Part shown: in pieces, positions 59,990 to 64,000 of the stretch
Layout: every line of letters begins with the position of its first letter
How positions within the stretch are numbered: position 1 is the stretch's first letter
From: Patellaria atrata CBS 101060
Taxonomy: Eukaryota
Reading direction: 5' to 3'
Assembly: GCA_010093705.1 (NCBI GenBank)
Contig: MU006116.1
Location: 37,424 to 101,423 of the forward strand
Length of the DNA stretch: 64,000 nucleotides
Made by a program: the position numbers and the translations under genes
Notes under the pieces: model-generated
Database searches by the model: none
Seen by the model: only the letters and a program-made list of their open reading frames with translations
Told to the model about the DNA's origin: nothing

Positions 59990-60817
59990 GTAGAAAACCA
60001 CAGGTGAACAAAGTATATTCAACAAAAGATACACAACGTGATGAGTCGACAGTGGTGTTGCGCTTATATGAAGGGCTTTTCAGCGAAGTTGTGGAGATGA
60101 AGGAAAGTTCCTGACATTCTGTTGCTGCTGAATATTTGCCAAGAATTCGATTGAAAGTACGGATTTTGGAGATCACGTATACTTCTGGGGGTATATACAC
60201 TTTCCTTAATTCGTTTGCAATTGACCTAGGGTTGAAGCTAGATACAGTAGCAAGGGCTGCACGATACGCATGCATCTTAGAAGATTCGCGATTCGCAAAA
60301 GGACGAAGTAAAGACACTGAGAGATGCTTGGTATCCTTCCGTAAGGAATGGGCCCGGATGGACAATGGACTAGTTAAAGTGCCTACTGTTGAAAATATTG
60401 TTGTTTTCCATACAAGGATTCTGAGGTAAGATACTAATATCCACATCACTGATGCATATTCGCATGCTAACTATAGAGGTCGTACTTGTACAGTACCTCT
60501 ACCCAGGATTGGAGACGGTACTTCTCAAGGCAAAAATTACTTAAGTTTCCCTATTATCTCTCTTATCACGACTGGCTGAGGGGTCGTTGACGTTGTCTAT
60601 ATATACAGTTACTGGATGCTTCCTTTTGTTCGAGTCGAAAGCTCTTGGTATTAAGCAGGTGCCCAAGGAGGAGTTGGAGACTAAAGAAGCAGCCATCCAC
60701 TCAGGTCTCTCGAAAGTCACAGCAGCTTACGTCTCCTCTCGGCTTGACAAGACGTCAATACTTCGTCCGGAGAAAAGTCATGCGCGTAGCGTTCGTGGTG
60801 TTCTACAGAGCGCGTAG
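59990..60817 (+). CDS. Possible small multi-exon hypothetical gene
   Basis: Short ORFs joined by plausible introns (e.g. GTAAGA at 60426..GCTAAC..TAG); no family recognised; boundaries uncertain. Confidence 0.3.
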
Positions 60818-62489
60818 AAGTCGCTGGGTAACGCTACAAAGGCGCATAATGTCGAAATGAGTATTCGAATGTGAAGTAGGGTATGGGGCTAGAAATAGAT
60901 ACAATATTCGTGATCGAGACGCCGTGGAAGCAAAATTAATTTCGAGAACGTTTCGGTATGGGACGAGATGAGGTTCATGGTCTGAGGCTCCGTTAATGTT
61001 TTGATGTTTTAGCGTACGAGGTAACTGATTGGCTGAGCTTAACTCTAACCGCTGTGCCGCAGCCACCGGCATCATGTCGCGCGTCTTCCAGGCCGATCAT
61101 TTGAATTCACCACTTAGAGCTCAATTCGAGAAATAAACTAAATGCAACGACGCACAAAGGAGATGTATACACTTTAACATGATAATCAATATGTGCACTT
61201 TTGAATGTAGGATATATAGTTCTAGAGTATAATGATACCGTGCGTACGATGATAGAATGAGGGGGGAGGGAATAATGGGAACTGGGAAGTTGCCAAAAAG
61301 ATGACGGGCAGTCACGGGCTGGCATAAATGGCACCTTCCATCCCAAAACCTGGTTGAACCCCTGTCAAAACGCCACGCACCAGCCCCTCCTCGTGGCTAC
61401 ATATGGACCCTCTCATCTCATCGCGCCCGTCTTTCTTTTTTCTTTTTGACAGACTGTACTGGCGTCTCTCTCTGCTTTTATCGTCGCTTCAAGGCACGTA
61501 GGGCGTCCGTCCCCTTGCGACCGACTAATATATACGACAGGACGGTGAAGGACCTAACCTTGCGCTCTACTCCCGATAGTTGTACTGTACTATCGTGTGT
61601 TGTGTCGCCTGACCGCGCCTTCATCGTCCTGTCGTCGGTGGTCGTAAGCGGTAGGAAAAAGAGCTGGACAAAGCAGGTATCGAATCTAATAAAGGCATGT
61701 ACGCGTTAACCAACGATGTATATTGATGCAAATTCGACCTGAGTCTGGCATTACTCATACCATCCCCAGCTTGAACATCTGGCAAGCAAATGACTGGTCG
61801 CTAAGAGTTCTCCAGCTTCTGAGGGCGGCTACTTAGGCCGCACGACCACAAGAGCCTCACATGTTCCAAAATAAGAAGAAATGCTTTGACTGGATGACGA
61901 TAGAAACGCTACAGTGGGGCGACCTCTCGTTTCAGGCAATTCAGAGAGGTCGCATGATAGGTCCTGAGCGTTTTACTCCGTACGTGCATCTCTTTTCCCT
62001 CCTCACATATCTGGATATATTCCCTTTGCTGTACCCTTTGGAACACTTCATTAAGCTACGACACTACCTTTTTTTTTGTTTGCTGTTTTNNNNNNNNNNN
62101 NNNNNNNNNNNNNNNNNNNNNNNNNNNNNNNNNNNNNNNNNNNNNNNNNNNNNNNNNNNNNNNNNNNNNNNNNNNNNNNNNNNNNNNNNAAGTCACGAGT
62201 TTCCTTTGTTCATGCAGGAACTCTTTCCCATTGTTCTTATTCTAACAATTATAATGCTTCTTTGAGCGACTCCTTTGTTCCTCTCACCTTTCTCTTCTCT
62301 CGGCCTGGTTTGCCGTTCTAATACACCCTCAACCCCCCGCCATCTTTCTCCCATACTCTCTATTTTTCTTTTCACCATTCCTCCATATAAATCCTGCCTA
62401 TATTTGCATAGCACTAAACGCTCCTTCTGCATTTCTACAAAGACTAAGGCTTGCTTTAGCTGCGAGCGTAGATACCATCATCCGTCAAC

Positions 62490-64000
62490 ATGGCTTCCTT
62501 AGGGAACCAACAGCAATCTTTTCCGACCGTACCTCCGTCTCTCTCCGCTGGCGATCATGAGATGCGAGACTACTACACCACGCAGGACGCACCACGACCG
62601 ACAGTAAACCAAGCACCATACCTCACACCATACCTCGGCCTTCGAGCTAGACTCTCGCAGATCTGGATCAACCGATGGACTATTCTTCTCTTACTTGTAC
62701 TCGTTAGAACTCTTATTGCCGTGGCCAGCATCGATGAAGGACTGGGATCGGCGAGAAAACAGGCACTACGCGCCTGCACCTCAGTTGAGTCAATGGGTAG
62801 TACGATGGCTTCCATGCCCCATTATATGTCCAGGGGAGTCAACGAAATGACTGCCTCTGGTGTCGAAAGGGCGGTTAACGGCCTTATGTCAATGCTGTCC
62901 TTGACCGTCACTGGGGTTGAAGAAATAGTCATTTTCGTCATCAACCTACTTACTTCGACATACCTCTGTCTCATCCATTTCGCCGTCACAGGTAGCTTGC
63001 AAGCAGCCCTGAAGGTGATTGAAAAGGTCTCAGACTTTATGAACAAGACGCTAGACGGCGTCGGCGATGGCATCGCTACTGTCGTTGACACATTTGACGA
63101 CACCCTTGAGGACATCGTTGGTGCCATTACCAATCCATTTGGAAACGAGAAAAAGCCCACCATTGATCTAAGCAAACAAATCAACCAACTACGAAACCTT
63201 CAATTACCATCGAGCATTGACGAGGACATTAGGGAACTCAACGACTCAATCCCCTCCTTTGATGAAGTCAAGACAGCATTGAACGATATTATCCGCATTC
63301 CATTCAAGAAGGTCAAGGAACTTATCAATGAGACTCTGGATACCTACGAGTTCGACCGCTCAACCTTTCCAGTGCCGCAAAAAGAACAACTCACGTTTTG
63401 TTCGGACAACAACGGTATCAACGACTTCTTTGATGATCTCACTGACATTACTCACGTTGCTCGCAAAATATTCCTCGGCGTGTTACTTACCCTAGCAATC
63501 CTCGCCTGCGCACCAATGGCCTGGCGGGAAATTCAACGCTGGAAGAGGGAGAGAGAGCGATCTAAACTTGTCCAATCTAACGCAAGCGATCCAATGGACG
63601 TCGTCTACATGGTATCCAGGCCGTACACATCTACAATTGGTCTTAAAATTTCGTCGAAGTTCCGATCGATTCATAATCAAGTCCTTGTCCGCTGGTCTGT
63701 TGCCTATGCTACCTCACCACAAGCCTTGTTCGTTTTGTCTCTTGGTATTGCGGGGTTATTCGCTTGTATATGCCAATACATCCTTCTCAAATCCCTTGAG
63801 AAGGAAGTTCCAGGTCTTTCTGACCAAGTTGGCGCCTTCGCTGAAAAGGTCGTCTTCTCCGTTAATAATGCATCCGAGTTCTGGGCAAATGGAACCAACG
63901 CGGCCATTATTCAAACCAATCGAGATATCAACAATGATGTGTTCGGTTGGGTCAACGAAAGTACAACGGCTGTCAATAGAACACTGAACGAATTCGTCAA
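62490..64000 (+). CDS. PRM1: Plasma membrane fusion protein Prm1 (runs off the window)
   Basis: TPYLGLRARLSQIWINRWTILLLLVL, ACTSVESMGSTMASMPHYMS.GVN, TYLCLI motifs; open to the window end. Confidence 0.93.
   Translation, partial: MASLGNQQQSFPTVPPSLSAGDHEMRDYYTTQDAPRPTVNQAPYLTPYLGLRARLSQIWINRWTILLLLVLVRTLIAVASIDEGLGSARKQALRACTSVESMGSTMASMPHYMSRGVNEMTASGVERAVNGLMSMLSLTVTGVEEIVIFVINLLTSTYLCLIHFAVTGSLQAALKVIEKVSDFMNKTLDGVGDGIATVVDTFDDTLEDIVGAITNPFGNEKKPTIDLSKQINQLRNLQLPSSIDEDIRELNDSIPSFDEVKTALNDIIRIPFKKVKELINETLDTYEFDRSTFPVPQKEQLTFCSDNNGINDFFDDLTDITHVARKIFLGVLLTLAILACAPMAWREIQRWKRERERSKLVQSNASDPMDVVYMVSRPYTSTIGLKISSKFRSIHNQVLVRWSVAYATSPQALFVLSLGIAGLFACICQYILLKSLEKEVPGLSDQVGAFAEKVVFSVNNASEFWANGTNAAIIQTNRDINNDVFGWVNESTTAVNRTLNEFV

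Noticed and set aside
61861..62321. ORFs spanning the N gap at 62090-62189
   Set aside because: Artefacts of translating through Ns.

Overview
Gene-dense chromosome segment of a filamentous ascomycete (Pezizomycotina; short spliceosomal introns with CTRAC/CTAAY branch sites, RIP-like mutation signatures). It opens with about 1.45 kb of extremely AT-rich relic DNA containing a gap. Housekeeping genes follow: a SAM methyltransferase, TRP2, a CFEM GPI protein, Gta3/GatF, DUF726/TMCO4-like, Mus7/MMS22, TSR1, DUF4050-like, ARMH3/DUF1741-like, NRK1, VTI1, an NAD(P)-binding protein and PRM1. There is also a very divergent alpha-SNAP-like gene and a hydrolase-NACHT-ankyrin NLR. Mobile DNA comprises two solo LTRs of one family, a 5'-truncated LINE, a TA-flanked MITE and a TIR-bounded hAT transposon (18333-22034). 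The most striking observation is this hAT. Besides a decayed transposase, it carries a second, convergent, open Cys-rich (DUF3716-like) gene with its own promoter features. It also has 19 exact copies of the palindrome CGTACG spread across its length, including inside both ORFs in all three reading frames. This suggests a transposon-encoded DNA-binding factor plus a distributed cognate site array (hypothesis: a VANC-like anti-silencing or self-recognition module). All calls come from reading the sequence; no database searches were run.
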